From Octopus vulgaris (Eukaryota), in the NCBI GenBank assembly GCA_951406725.2, contig OX597818.1, positions 119,598,001-119,662,000 of the forward strand: a DNA stretch of 64,000 bases, read 5' to 3'. The notes beneath the pieces are model-generated. The model made no database searches, was not told where the DNA came from, and was given only the letters and a program-made list of their open reading frames with translations. The number at the start of each line of letters is the position of its first letter. The first letter of the stretch is position 1. This document shows, piece after piece, positions 28,118 to 41,880 of the stretch. A program made the position numbers and the translations under genes.

Positions 28118-28185
<68 letters not shown>

Positions 28186-28929
28186 ATGTGTGTGTGTGTG
28201 TGTGATGTATACACATATATATGCATGTGTGCATGCATGTATATAAAGATGTTTGGCTTGTTTTCATAAATACAGTTTCATTTATTTATTTAGTCTAAAA
28301 CTGAATAAATGTTACGATATTGGAACTCAAAATTTAGAATTTCTGTTCATTACATTAAATGTTATGAAAAAATATTTCAAAGACGAAAGCTCTTCTGTAT
28401 ATATCCTGGAATCATACTATGCACAATAATTACAGCATGTGTTAGTTATATTCTACAACGGCTTTTGTTCCTTTAGCATATTTAAAATCCCTATGTAAAC
28501 CTCACGAAACATCATGCAAGCACAAGTAAAATAGATAAGGTTTAAAATACCAGTAATCTAGTTATCCAACGAAACATCGGATTCGCAGTTTGTGACAAAT
28601 GATCCTGTGATCGATTTGTCGAAGTCTTGAGTAAAGTCGAAATATATCACATTCACATTGTGAATGCTTGAGCTGATATTTCACTACCCAGGCAAAACGC
28701 CATTGTAGCTGAGTGAGACAGCACCTTCCTGGCCGGAAGCTATGCTGCGATTTAGAAAACAGGTTATTTTCTTCTTAGAACATGATCAACTTCCTTCTGA
28801 CAACACGTTCCATGAATATGCTGACAAGTGTGTCAGAGAGACAGACTTGTGTTAGGTAATATACATATTTATTTTTATATACACCTATATAGATACATAT
28901 ATATGTATGTGTGTGTATGTGTGTATATC

Positions 28930-28998
<69 letters not shown>

Positions 28999-31900
28999 TA
29001 CATATGTATTTACATACATATTTATACATATATTTATGCATATATATATGTGTGAGTGTATATAAATGTGACTATATAAATATGTGTAAATAATTATGTG
29101 GGTGCATGTATGCTTGAATTTATGTATGTATGTATGTATGTATGTATGTATGTATGTATGTATGTATGTATGTATGCATGCATGTATGTATGTATTGTAT
29201 GAATGTGTGTGTATATACAGTAACTACATCTATAATTCTTGCCTTTGATATTCATAATTACATTTCCACAGTAAACTTAACACTTATTTGTTTATTTAAT
29301 ACTTTTTAATGCGGCCATATCAGATTATATCTAATTCGAGGTGACCTTCAGATATAGAATTATCGTTTCAGCAGTTTGATGCTGTCTGAAGGAATTTTTT
29401 ATACAATTTTTAACACACACAATAACCCACGATAACTATGCAGCGGTAGTCATCTATTACCATATCATGGGTTCATCAGCGGCTTTTTGGGTAACCATGC
29501 ACATTAATCCAATTAATTTATAAACTGATCAATGAAGTAGCTTTTATAGAGCCGTTCAACTTGCTAGAAATAGCAATCAAATCATAGCCTGCCATCTAGA
29601 AATAACTTGCTTCAAGATCACGTAGTGGAGATGAGGTGAACTGGAAGCAAAGGGCAGTGACGCCAATAGTCGAGGGGTCTCACTGGAAAAGGAATAGGGA
29701 ATGACCATGTGAGGGAAGACCAGCGTGGTCCTCTTTTGGCCTCGAGACAGTCGTCGTGAATGGACACGTATGGGAGCGAGGACAAGACAGGGCTTTCACA
29801 GTGGCTACTAGAGATCAATGAGACGGCTAAGGCATGTCTTGGATTTAACACAGCTGGACAGCCGACGCTGAGAGGTAGGTGAACCGTATTTTGTTCCTCA
29901 CATTGGAGTTCCCTCACACAGCACACACTCAATCAATTAAAAGAAAAATGGAACAAATTAGATAACAAAGTACGCAATACCCCAAGCAAAAGACAATGAT
30001 TTAAATGCTACAGATAATAAACCTGTTTGATTAGAGCTGATTTAGAGCTAATAACAAGTCTCTTATAGATTATCTTCACGTACATGAATAAAAATTTACG
30101 AACGTGGATCACGATTCAAATTCGCTTGTGGGTAACGATAATTATGCATTCATTATACTTATTATCTTAGGATAATATCAGAACAATTAGCGACATCAAA
30201 TTAGATGATTTGATTGTATTTATTTAAGAAAAGAGATTATCAGGGACAAATGGAATATTTACTAGTTTGTTGAGAATGCGAACATTAGTGGTGATACTGC
30301 AATTAGATGGCTCTTAATTATCATCAAAACCTAACTGTGAACCCGTGGCGCTGCGTGGGTTGTAGCCGCCCTGTACGGTAGTAAACGTGGAAGATTGGTT
30401 CCCAGCCATGTAGTCTTGCGTTCAATCTCCGCTCCTAGATATCTTCAGCAAATGTCTTCTGCTATCACTTCGAGCCAACCAAAACCTAATGAGTGGATTT
30501 GCTAGGCGCAAACAGAAGGCCGTTGTGTTTGTGTGTGTGTGTGTGTGTGTATGCTAATTGCTTCGGCATTTGAAATGATCCCACTATTCGGTTACTTTTT
30601 CTTCTACAGATGCTCCATTACGACCCGGGATTTGAACTCAGAGCGTAAACAGACTTCACTAAATGCAGTACAACAAATTGCTTTACATATCGGCGTTTCT
30701 GCCACCAGGCGGCACATCAGGAGAGATGGGCGAGTAAATAATGTAATACATATTATTAGCAAAGTTTTCAGTGTTGTTTTCTTTTAAAACTTAATGACGA
30801 GTGAGTGACGTATTCAGATATTATAATTTAATAATATATTTTCTGATAGGAATCGTAAACATAAACATAAAACTATGATATAATTCCCATATCTCAATCG
30901 AACAATTATGAGTTACTTTTAAACGTGCACCAACTCAACTTTGAACCAATCTGGAGAGAAACAAATTTGATAATACAGAACAACAGCGACAATAAAAATC
31001 AACAAACACAATACATTTAAGAATACAACACAAAACATTTGAGAAAACAAAGCAATATTTTATTGATTGGGTACAATACCGTATTGGGGAAAAAGGGGTT
31101 TATGACGAGGGGGAGATAAACAATGAACAAAACTGACATTTTAAATAAATCATGTATCTTTCCCTTCTCTTTCTCTCTCTTTCTCTCTTCTCTTCTCTCC
31201 CTCTGTCTTCCTCTCTCCTTCTCTCACTCACTCTACGCAGTCACGCTTATATACAAACATATTTTTACGCGAAAGCCAACATATGTTATGACGGATTTCA
31301 ATTGTTATGTCAATCAATGAATGAAATTGATCATGATCGTTTAATTATACACTCGACTATATTCCGAACTAACAAAGGAAAAAGACAACAAGCATGGATG
31401 GCTCTAATTTGATTTGTAGCAAAATAAAGTTCGGGGGTCTAATCTATTTGTTTCCTTATTGTTGTTATTTGTAAATACTGTTTTGGAGCTATTGTTCTCA
31501 TATTTGTTATTGTTTTGTTGTTGCTGTCGTCGTCGAAGTTTTTGTTTCGTTCCAAATCGGCCCGGATCGAACAGACCGGTGCTCAAAATCAATGAAGAGT
31601 GACCAGTTATCTTGGTTCTGTTATATGCAACAATGTTGTAAATGTTCTACATTGACGTTGTTGTCGTGTCCCTTGTAAATTGAGATCTAACTGTTTTATG
31701 ATCAAAGGCCCTGTAATTCCGAGCCAACCCGTCTTTTTCTAATGTTTAGGGAACCGTTAAATACCAATCAAGTACGAAGCTCGATGTAATTGACTAAATC
31801 TTCCATGCAGAATTGTTGGCCTTTTGCCTAAAATTGTTGGCGTTTTGCCTATAAAATATTCGATCCCTTCGGAGCCAATAAGGAGCCAATCAACAACTGG

Positions 31901-32269
31901 AGTCAGTCGTATCTACTAACCCGATCCTCTGAAAATTTCAAACTTGCACCTAACTTAGAAACCATTATTACTTACTGTGGTTGAGGGGATAATCACTCTG
32001 AAATCCATGCATCCAACACTATAGCTAGGGGGCGCTCCAAGCTGATTCGGTGTATTTAATGATAATATAATCATTAATTTAATGTATAAATTATCTATGA
32101 ATTTTTATGGCATGCTGACTACCTGATAAAAATCATTAACGTGATTTTATCCTTATATTATATTGTGAATTGATACATATATATATGTGTGTATATATAT
32201 ATATATATATAATTAGAAATATTGCATTTCCAAATCTCTCAGAGAGACTTATACAGTTGCAGCACTAAC

Positions 32270-32727
32270 AAAGTGGTGGTTTGTTGTCAACTTAATGTGG
32301 CAGTCCCAGGAAAGCGAAGAATGCTACTGCGATTTAGCCCCAGGAAACATCGTTTCCAGTTGGCTATGTGATACGAGCATTCTGTGTCCTTAAGTTTTCA
32401 AACAGGGGAGACTAGCACCTCCTTCTAAATTTGTAGATTAGTGAATTTATTTCCCTTGAAATTTTATAAGTTTTCAAAGGTGAATAAACATCGACAGCTG
32501 GCAAGCCACGCTACTCCAGACTGATGAAGAGCAATGACTCTGAAACTAGTCTCTGCGTGCTGGCTTTGCTAGGTGGAGGTACTTATCTCCCCTGTTTGAA
32601 AACTTAAGGACATAGAACGATTGTGTGACATAGCCAACTGAAAATGATGTTTCCTGGGGCTAAATAGCAGTAGCATTCTTCCCATTCTTGGGACTCTAGC
32701 ATTAAGTTCGCAACAAACCATCACTTT
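32270..32727. repeat. About 150-bp imperfect inverted repeats (32270-32422, 32575-32727) enclosing a hammerhead
   Basis: ...GTCCTTAAGTTTTCAAACAGGGGAGA versus TCTCCCCTGTTTGAAAACTTAAGGAC... Confidence 0.85.
32498..32572 (+). ncRNA. Type I hammerhead ribozyme with minimal palindromic stem III
   Basis: CAGA-CTGATGA-AGAG(caatga)CTCT-GAAA-CTAG-TC^TCTG; complete core, stems I and II pair, extended stem I. Confidence 0.85.
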
Positions 32728-32814
32728 ATAAATGTATATGTGTATCTGTATATATATACGTTTATATATTTGTTGTGTAATATTTTTTTTATGTGAAGTC
32801 GTGTGTTGAAACAG

Positions 32815-33802
32815 ATATTGTTATATTTCGAAATGGTCATTTTGCCAGTTTAGCCAATAGAAACACACGCACTATATATTTGGTGTTATTTTGCTTCAGT
32901 ATTATTTATTTTTTACATTAAACTTAATCTTATTTCGGCCAGAGTTCTTTCGTCACACTCCTGTGACCGCATCAGTGATCCTTTGTTTTCTTCTCTCTTA
33001 TTTGTGTCTCTCCTTACTAACCGTCAGCCATTTTGTATTTCTTTTGTATGTCTTCATTTGCGCATGCTTATATCTCTATGTGCGTCTATGTTTATTTAGT
33101 GTGTGTGGGGGGATGCCTGTAATATTTGTATCTTCTGTTTATATACGTTCATGTAATTTGTTTTTGTTGTTGTTGTTTTTGTTTATTCTTATTTTGTTCA
33201 TTATTATTATCATTACATATGCTTGTATGTATGTATAACAACAATACTAGTAATAATAATAATAAATTTAAAAAAAGAGAAAAAAACTTATATAGTTATT
33301 TATTTCTATTTGTTCATTTATATTTTTTTTAAATTTATTATTATTATTACTAGTATTGTTATTATACATACATACAAGCATATGTAATGATAATAATAAG
33401 TGGATGTAAACACATGAACAAAATAAGAATAAACAAAAACAACAAAAACAAAAACAAATTACATGAACGTATATAAACAAAAGATACAAATATTACAGGC
33501 ATCCCCACACACACACACACTAAATAAACATAGACGCACATAGAGATATAAGCATGCGCAAATGAAGACATAGAATAGAAATACAAAATGACTGACGGTT
33601 AGTAAGGAGAGACACAAATAAGAAAGAAGAAAACAAAAGACCACTGATGCGGTCACAGGAGTGTGACGAAAGAACTCTGGCCGAAATAAGATTAAGTTTA
33701 ATGTAAAAAATAAATAACACTGAAGCAAAATAACACCAAATATATATAGTGCGTGTGTTTTTATTGGCTAAACTGGCAAAATGACCATTCCGAAATTTAA
33801 CA

Positions 33803-33806
<4 letters not shown>
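32815..33806. repeat. About 460-bp-arm palindrome (32815-33276 / 33323-33806); inverted Penelope pLTR-like
   Basis: Arms are reverse complements at high identity; mirror ORFs LNLILFRPEFFRHTPVTAS appear on both strands. Confidence 0.9.
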
Positions 33807-33834
<28 letters not shown>

Positions 33835-34050
33835 TCTCTTTACTCTTTTTACTCTTTTACTTATTTCAGTCATTTGACTGCGGCCGTGCTGGGGCACCGC
33901 CTTTAGTCGAGCAAATCGACCCCGGGACTTATTCTTTGTAAGCCTAGTACTTATTCAATCGGTCTCTTTTGCCGAACCGCTAAGTGACGGGGACGTAAAC
34001 ACACCAGCATCGATTGTCAAGCAATGCTAGGGGGACAAACACACACACAT

Positions 34051-34087
<37 letters not shown>

Positions 34088-34252
34088 TACGACAGGCTTC
34101 TTTCAGTTTCCGTCTACCAAATCCACTCACAAGGCATTGGTTGACCCGGGGCTATAGCAGAAGACACTTGCCCAAGATGCCACGCAGTTGGACTGAACCC
34201 GGAACCATGTGGTTGGTTAGCAAGCTACTTACCACACGGCCACTCCTGCGCC
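33835..34252 (-). mobile_element. SINE family A, full-length
   Basis: Complete head, core and tail. Confidence 0.95.
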
Positions 34253-34357
<105 letters not shown>

Positions 34358-35129
34358 TAGTGATAGCGTTTATGTCAATTATATTTTTAAATGATTTAAC
34401 ATAATTTGAAAGTTTATTCAATACTTTTTATACTTTGTAATGTAGAGCACATATTGACTTCTACAAGTGACATCGAAGTCACATTTAATCTTTTCCGTCT
34501 AAAAGTTAATATACATGTATTTGTATGTGTGCATCTGTGTATATGTGTATACATATATATATGTGTATACACATATATATGCATGTGTGCATGCATGTAT
34601 ATAAAGATGTTTAGCTTTTTTGCATAAATACAGTTTCATTTATTTATTTAGTCTAAAACTGAATAAATGTTACGAGAAGATAACTCTAACGATATTGGAA
34701 CTCAAAATTTAGAATTTCTGTTCATTACATTAAATGTTATGAAAAAATATTTCAAAGACGAAAGCTCTTCTGTATATATCCTGGAATCATACTATGCACA
34801 ATAATTGCAGCATGTGTTAGTTATATTCTACAACGGCTTTTGTTCCTTTAGCATATTTAAAATCCCTAAGTAAACATCACGAAACATCATGCAAGCACAA
34901 GTAAAATAAATAAGGTTAAAACGGAATGAATTAAGCACACTGGATCTTGCTTGCTTTTAACAAAGAGAATCGTTCCAACTTAAACTGGTTTGTGGACGCG
35001 CATGCGCTAAACGTTTCAAAATGACAGAAAACGTATGCTTGACATGCACGTCTTAAAGTCGTGTGGAGAAGTCAATTCATGTATGTATATATGATTTAGA
35101 TATATAAGTGAGAGTAGGTGTGCGAATAA

Positions 35130-35162
<33 letters not shown>

Positions 35163-36009
35163 TATATATGTATATATATATTCTACATATACATTACATA
35201 TATATATATATTATTATGTATATATATATATATATTTCTACATATACATTACATATATAAATGTACCATTATGAATGTGTATATATATATTATACATATA
35301 TATATATATATACATATATATATATGTGTGTATATATATATATATATATACATATATATATGTGTGTGTATATATATATATATATATACAAATATACATA
35401 TATGTGTGTGCGTATGTGCGCTCGTGTATGTATGTATATGTATGTTTCTCTTCGTGTCGTATTTTAAAATGTTTCACCTTATCCACGCGTAAACAATGCT
35501 CTTGTTCCTGTCCCATGTCTCTCTCCTGTCTCCCCCCGCCCCCGTGCTCTCTGCATACATGTATAAGTATGCATGTGTTTGTGTGAGTGTCTGTGTATGT
35601 AAATACATGTGCGTTATGTCTTCATGTAGGTACGTATCTATGTATGTATATATGTAGTATTTTTCTACGTATACATGTGTGTGTATTTGCAAAATGAAAA
35701 ATAGACAGCAGAGAGAATAAAATGTTATATTGGCATGTGTAAGAGAGAAACAATGTAAGATTCGTGAAGACAATTTCTCCCTTCCCGCCGGGTAGAAGCG
35801 TTTGATTTCGACACGAAAATTCCTTACAGTTCCAATCAATGTATATTTAAATCACAAAGACTAACAAGGGGTTAGAACTAGCCATTTTTACTTTATCCAT
35901 GCATTTACAAAAGGCTGTTAAGACTATTAGCTAATAGAGGCCAAAATAACTTCCAGCCTGAATCGAAACGCGAGCGGGAATTGTTTAGTAAAGAGATGAA
36001 TACTGCTTT

Positions 36010-36059
<50 letters not shown>

Positions 36060-36384
36060 TGTGTATGTGACTGTGTACATGGTGTGTGTGTATGTGTGTA
36101 TGGATATATCATACGCATATTTGTATATATATATATGCATATGTCCTCTGTCTTCAGGAATCATAAAGAAAATTTATTGCAGCGAGGCAAAATGATAGAC
36201 GGAAGACACAATTGCAAACAAGCGCACGCAATATGTGAATATGTGTATATATATAGTAGTGGATATGTTTTTGTATGTGTATATGTATGTGTGTGTGCGT
36301 GAGGGAGAGAAAGAGGGATCGTGTGATTGTGTACACAAACATACACTTACTCATGCACACACGAACACACACACGCATATATAT

Positions 36385-37273
36385 ATATATATATAATTGA
36401 AGATGCCCGAAAGCAAACCTGTCTTGCGTTGGTTAATATTTTTTTCAATGATTTCGGTTGCATTTTGCTCTTGATAATTTTGTGTGTGCCTAAAATGTTC
36501 ATTGTTTTATCTCCTGTGAGAATGGGTAAATTTTGGATAATAATGTTGAAGGCTTCGTTGTTTCTAGGGTTATGTGTGGAGATGTATGAGAGCATTCTAA
36601 AGTCTGGTTTAGTATTTCGGTTGACTTCCCTTAATGTTCGTAGGACTATTTCCTTAGCTCGTTTAATGCCATCATTTATTAATGATATTGGGTAATGTTT
36701 TTTGATTAGTATTGATCTGAGTTCAAGGAGTCTTCGTTGACGAGTATTGGTGTCCGAAACTATAGTACAGATTCTTTTCGCTAGATTATAAGGTATATTA
36801 ATTTTTATGTGCTTGGGGTGGCATGGGTTGAATAATAGGTATTGTTTTGAATCTGTGGGTTTATAGAAGATGTCTGTGTTGATGTGGTTATTGACTAATT
36901 TAATTAAGATGTCAAGAAAAGGGATTTGTGTATTGGTGTGTTCCTTGGTAAATTGTATGTTGTTATTGATATTGTTGAATATTATTTTGAAATCGAGGAG
37001 TTTGTCCATGCTATCTTTCCAAAGTATAAAGCAATCATCTAAATACCTCTTCCAGTTCTCATTTAAATAACAATGAAATGAGGTGCCATATGTTTGTAGT
37101 GATGATTGGTATATTTTAAGTTCTAGGTAACCTATTACAAGGTTCGCGATCGCTGGGGCAGCTCGGGTTCCCATCGCAATTCCACATCCTTGTCGATAGT
37201 GGACTGTATCGAACATGAAATAGTTATTCAGTAGGATGAATTTTAGCGCTGCGATTATGAATCTATGCTTCAT
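36385..37273 (-). mobile_element. Penelope-like element RT fragment (open frame of about 300 aa, truncated at both ends)
   Basis: YRQGCGIAMGTRAAPAIANL, RYLDDCF, IPFLDI, YKPTDSKQYL..CHPKHIK..IPYNLAKRI (PLE RT and thumb); GIY-YIG domain absent. Confidence 0.9.
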
Positions 37274-37281
37274 GCGTCCTC

Positions 37282-37350
37282 GGAAGAGGGCTAGTGATTT
37301 TGTATGTGCGTATGGAAGAGGGCTGGTGATCTTGTATGGGCGTATGGAAG
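37282..37350. repeat. 32-bp tandem repeat, about 2.5-3 units, at the PLE 5' truncation
   Basis: GGAAGAGGGCTRGTGATYTTGTATGKGCGTAT repeated. Confidence 0.8.
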
Positions 37351-37729
37351 AGGGCTGGTGATCTTGACGTGTGCGTGTATGTATGTGTAGGTGTGAAAAT
37401 GTGGGTCTGGGAAGTGGTCAGTTTTGATGTGTGCGTGGTGGTGTGTTGTGATGTGATGTGATGTGTTGTGTGGTATGGTGGTGTAAGGTGTAGTGGTGTA
37501 GTGGTGTGGTGTGATGGTGTTGGGAGGTGGGGGAGGCGTGTTTAATTTTATCTCAAGTTATGTATAAAAATTCAACATGACACTGAAATATTATTCAAAA
37601 CTTAGTAAATTTCTTGTTTTAGAGCAAAGCTTGATAATGACCTCGAAGTTTCGGCTTGATTGCCTTCAGGAGATTGAATATGTATATGTGTGTATAGGAA
37701 TGTTTGTACGTAGGTAGGGGCCTTGTGTG

Positions 37730-37838
<109 letters not shown>

Positions 37839-38037
37839 GTTAATCTATATACATTATCATAACAAGAAATAGAAAAACTATTTCGTACATGATGTGTTCG
37901 TATATATTTAGAAATTGATACTTACGGGCTTCCTGCTATAAAAATTAATCATTGACCGTGATCGTCAGTGCATTGTACTAAAGTGACAGGCATTATTTAT
38001 AAGACATCAAGTATCATATAGCACTATCTGAATTTCT

Positions 38038-38230
38038 GTGGCCCATTAGTTAGGGCAGCGGACTCGCAGTCGTAGGATCGCGGTTTCAATTTCCAGACCG
38101 GGCGCTCTGAGTGTTTATTGAGCGAAAACACCGAAAAAGTTCCACAAGGATCCAGCAGGGGTGGTGGTGAACCCTGCTGTACTATTTCACTACAACTTTC
38201 TCTCTTTCTTCCTGTTTCTGCTGTACCTGT
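38038..38230 (+). mobile_element. tRNA-derived SINE family D, 5' part
   Basis: TGGCCCATTAGTTAGGGCAGCGGACTCGCAGTC...; homologous to 53600-53980. Confidence 0.8.
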
Positions 38231-38496
38231 AAAAAGGAGAAACGGTACACAAATACAAATAACAGGACATTAACAACAGGTGTCTTTCGACTAAGGACAA
38301 ATTAAATTAAGCTGGCGTGTGTGGAAGTAATGCCTTACGGGAGGGACATAAGATTTGACAGGCACAGGGAGGAATATAGATGTTGCACGGATGGTAGTCG
38401 AACCAAGAAAGAAAGGTCAGGCTTGGCCGAACGCCGGTCACGTGGGGAGAGACAACAAAAGAAGAAACTTAAATATTATATAAATAGAGGATTATT

Positions 38497-38537
<41 letters not shown>

Positions 38538-38669
38538 ATACATATATATTTGTGTATGTGTGTGAGAGAGAGAGAAAGACAGAGACAGTGAGAGAGAGTG
38601 TATGTGTGTGAACTTATATATGCTTATATACATGTGTGTGAATATATGTATATATGTTTGGATATATTA

Positions 38670-38900
38670 TGTTGGTGCATAATTATTGCGGCTTTTTTCC
38701 AACAAATTTTATTCAAAAAAACAATATTGAACAAAAACATCTTTAAATGACGGTTTGACCGTCTGCCAAGTAGATCGCAAGTATTTATTAAAGCGGATGG
38801 TGAATATGCTCCGGAAAAATCATTTACAGATGCTTTTGTTATATGTTGTTATTGATTTTGTTGAATAATTTTTTTTTACAAAAAAGCTGCAATAATTATG
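38670..38900 (+). mobile_element. Mariner-derived MITE
   Basis: TIRs CATAATTATTGCGGCTTTTT / AAAAAGCTGCAATAATTATG; internal LPSR..IKADGEY transposase C-terminus remnant. Confidence 0.7.
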
Positions 38901-39331
38901 GTTTGAGAGCATTACATTCTTGGCTTAGTCTATATATACTCTGGCTGAAGCATATCAAACTAGTTGCATCAAAGTTGGTGGTATAATCACCAAAACGAAT
39001 ATCTCTAATTTTGACCAATCTGCCTCTGTAGCTTTTCTAAGGATTCCGGTTCCAATTTCAGAGATTGTTGGATGCGAGAGAAACCTAGAAAAGGTCGGAG
39101 AGTAGAACGGGTGGAATGCTCTGATTATGACAACCAATTCTAAGACACTGGTTCCTTCCCACAATAGGCACAGGGTCTAAAATTTTGTGGGAGGGAGCAA
39201 ATCCATTCATGAGGCTTTGGTCAGCCTGAGGCTATAATAGAAGACACTTGCCCAAGGTGACACTTGCCCAAATTGAACCTGGAACCATGTGATTGGGAAG
39301 CAAGCTTCTTACCACACAGCCACTCCAGCAC

Positions 39332-39489
<158 letters not shown>

Positions 39490-39605
39490 TGTATATATGT
39501 ATGTATATGCATCTATAAATACACACACATATGTGTGTCTGCGTGCATATATATATCAATATATATATATATATATATACATAAATACATATGTATGTAG
39601 GTGTG

Positions 39606-39636
<31 letters not shown>

Positions 39637-40236
39637 TTATTTATTTATATATATGTATGTATGTATGTATATATGCATGTATATATCCCTGTGAGCGAGT
39701 TAAACAAAGAATACGGCCAACACTTTTTCGCATTCTCGCCTTTTCCTAGTTTTCGCTTTTATTTGTCATTTGTTTTCTATCTCTCATCTCTCTGCTTCTC
39801 TTTCTGTCACTTCTATCAACTATATACTTGTGTACGTGACTCTTGGCAATTGTTGTCACTTAAAGGTAATTATAATCGTATCAGAGAATATTTACCGGAG
39901 TGCGGTAAGTCCCTGTTCTGTTTCGGTGTTAGAAACTACCACGTTCTTGTGAAACTTAATTACTCAACCACAATGAAATTCGACAGAACACCAAGCTAGT
40001 AATTCCAACTGCCTAAGCACTCTTTAATCCCAATGTGTAATAGAATCCAATTTCGTAAATCATCTTTAATTCATGTCGATAATGAAACAAAACATGCAGA
40101 GCATGTATATTGCACAGGATATCTGTGTTATTGACATTCAACGAATCTGTCATTCTGTTAGCGTATATGTGTGTGTCTGCGTGTGTGTGTGAGTCTACGT
40201 TTATAAGTATTGTATGTGTATGTGTGTTTATGTTTG

Positions 40237-40303
<67 letters not shown>

Positions 40304-40512
40304 TTATATCTATATACATATATATATATAATATTGTATATACATATTTATATATACATATATGTATATTATACATATATATATACTATACATGTATACA
40401 TATAGAATACATATATATATATGTATATATACACATATATATACAATACACATATATATATATACGTATATATATACACATATATATATACACATATATA
40501 TATACATATATG

Positions 40513-40543
<31 letters not shown>

Positions 40544-41524
40544 GTATTGTGTATATATATATATATATATATTACTCATATATTACACATATATTATCCA
40601 TATATATGTGTGTGTGTAGCATTTATACAGAGAAGTGAGAAAAATAAAGACCACTCAACACATGTCGTAGAGCTAATATAAATATACAGTTTGACACATA
40701 GAAGCCTTGCTCGATGTACAAATACTAGAAATGTGCCCGATTTTTGGGGCCTGATTATTTCCGAGTAGTGTGCTATTAACGACTTGTGACTTAACATCAG
40801 CCAACGGAGCAGCCTGTGGATGATCGTAGAACAACATTTCAGTTTTCTTGTAAAAGAAAATAACACTCCGTGTTGACTATGTACATTTCTCTCAATGATG
40901 AATGCGACAGACGAGTAACCAAAAATGAATATGGTGGGATCCTGCCGAGAGTGATCTGGTTATACTTGTGTAAGAGATTTACCTGAAACTAGAGAGACTC
41001 TTCATAAAACGGGACAGGTGGCATGCGGATTTTCCTGTTACTTGACCGGAAATAGTTCATAAGCTGAGTAAGTACTTATTACAAGTCAGTGTCTATTAGT
41101 TTCGTGTAATTCTTTGAGATACCATCATAACTTCGTAATATATATATAGATATACATTTTTTCGTAATGAGATAAAAAAAAAAGCCACGGCTGAGTAGAT
41201 TTTAGAACATTTATAGATTGAATGTCTAACAGCTGTTTCCGGGATATCTAATATATCCCTTCATCGGAAACGGTGTGAGAGGATGGTTAAGAAATAGTTA
41301 ATTTAGATAAGATACAAAATAGAGTGAGGTGGAGGAAAGAAAATAGATTTGAGATGTGTACGGATATTGTATTTGTAGATCCCTTTTTTTTTAAAGCAGA
41401 ATGGTTTACATATAAGATTCCAATAGCTTATGAGTAAAATCCAGTAGTATTTAAAATTGGTCATTTTAAAATTGGTATAGAGTTTATACACAGTGTTATT
41501 ATTATACCTCAATATTATTATTTT

Positions 41525-41665
<141 letters not shown>

Positions 41666-41668
41666 AAA

Positions 41669-41880
41669 TGGTGGAGAGCTGGCAAAAGCGTTGGCACGCC
41701 AGGCGAAATGCTTCGCGGTATTTCGTCTGTCTTTACGTTCTGAGTTCAAATTCCGCCGAAGTCGGCTTTACCTTTCATCCTTTCAAGATCGATAAATTAA
41801 GTACCAGTTGCGTGCTGAGGTCGATATAATCGACTGGCCCCTTCCCCAAAAATTTCGAACCTTGTGCCTAGAGTAGAAAA
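41669..41880 (+). mobile_element. SINE family B, alternative tail
   Basis: Head, core and GTGCCTAGAGTAGAAAA tail. Confidence 0.85.

Larger units (their letters stand above)
26355..28546 (+). repeat. Interrupted paralog of 34363-34919 (segments about 26355-26540 and 28086-28546)
   Basis: Shared TTTATGTCAATTATATTTT...AAAAGTTAATATACATGT and CATAAATACAGTTTCATT...GCAAGCACAAGTAAAATA. Confidence 0.9.

Noticed and set aside
29618-29932. GC-richer segment with a 104-aa ORF
   Set aside because: No recognisable motif; possibly a decayed LINE end but unsupported
38231-38470. Possible Penelope terminal-repeat fragment
   Set aside because: No complete ribozyme core or second copy in the window
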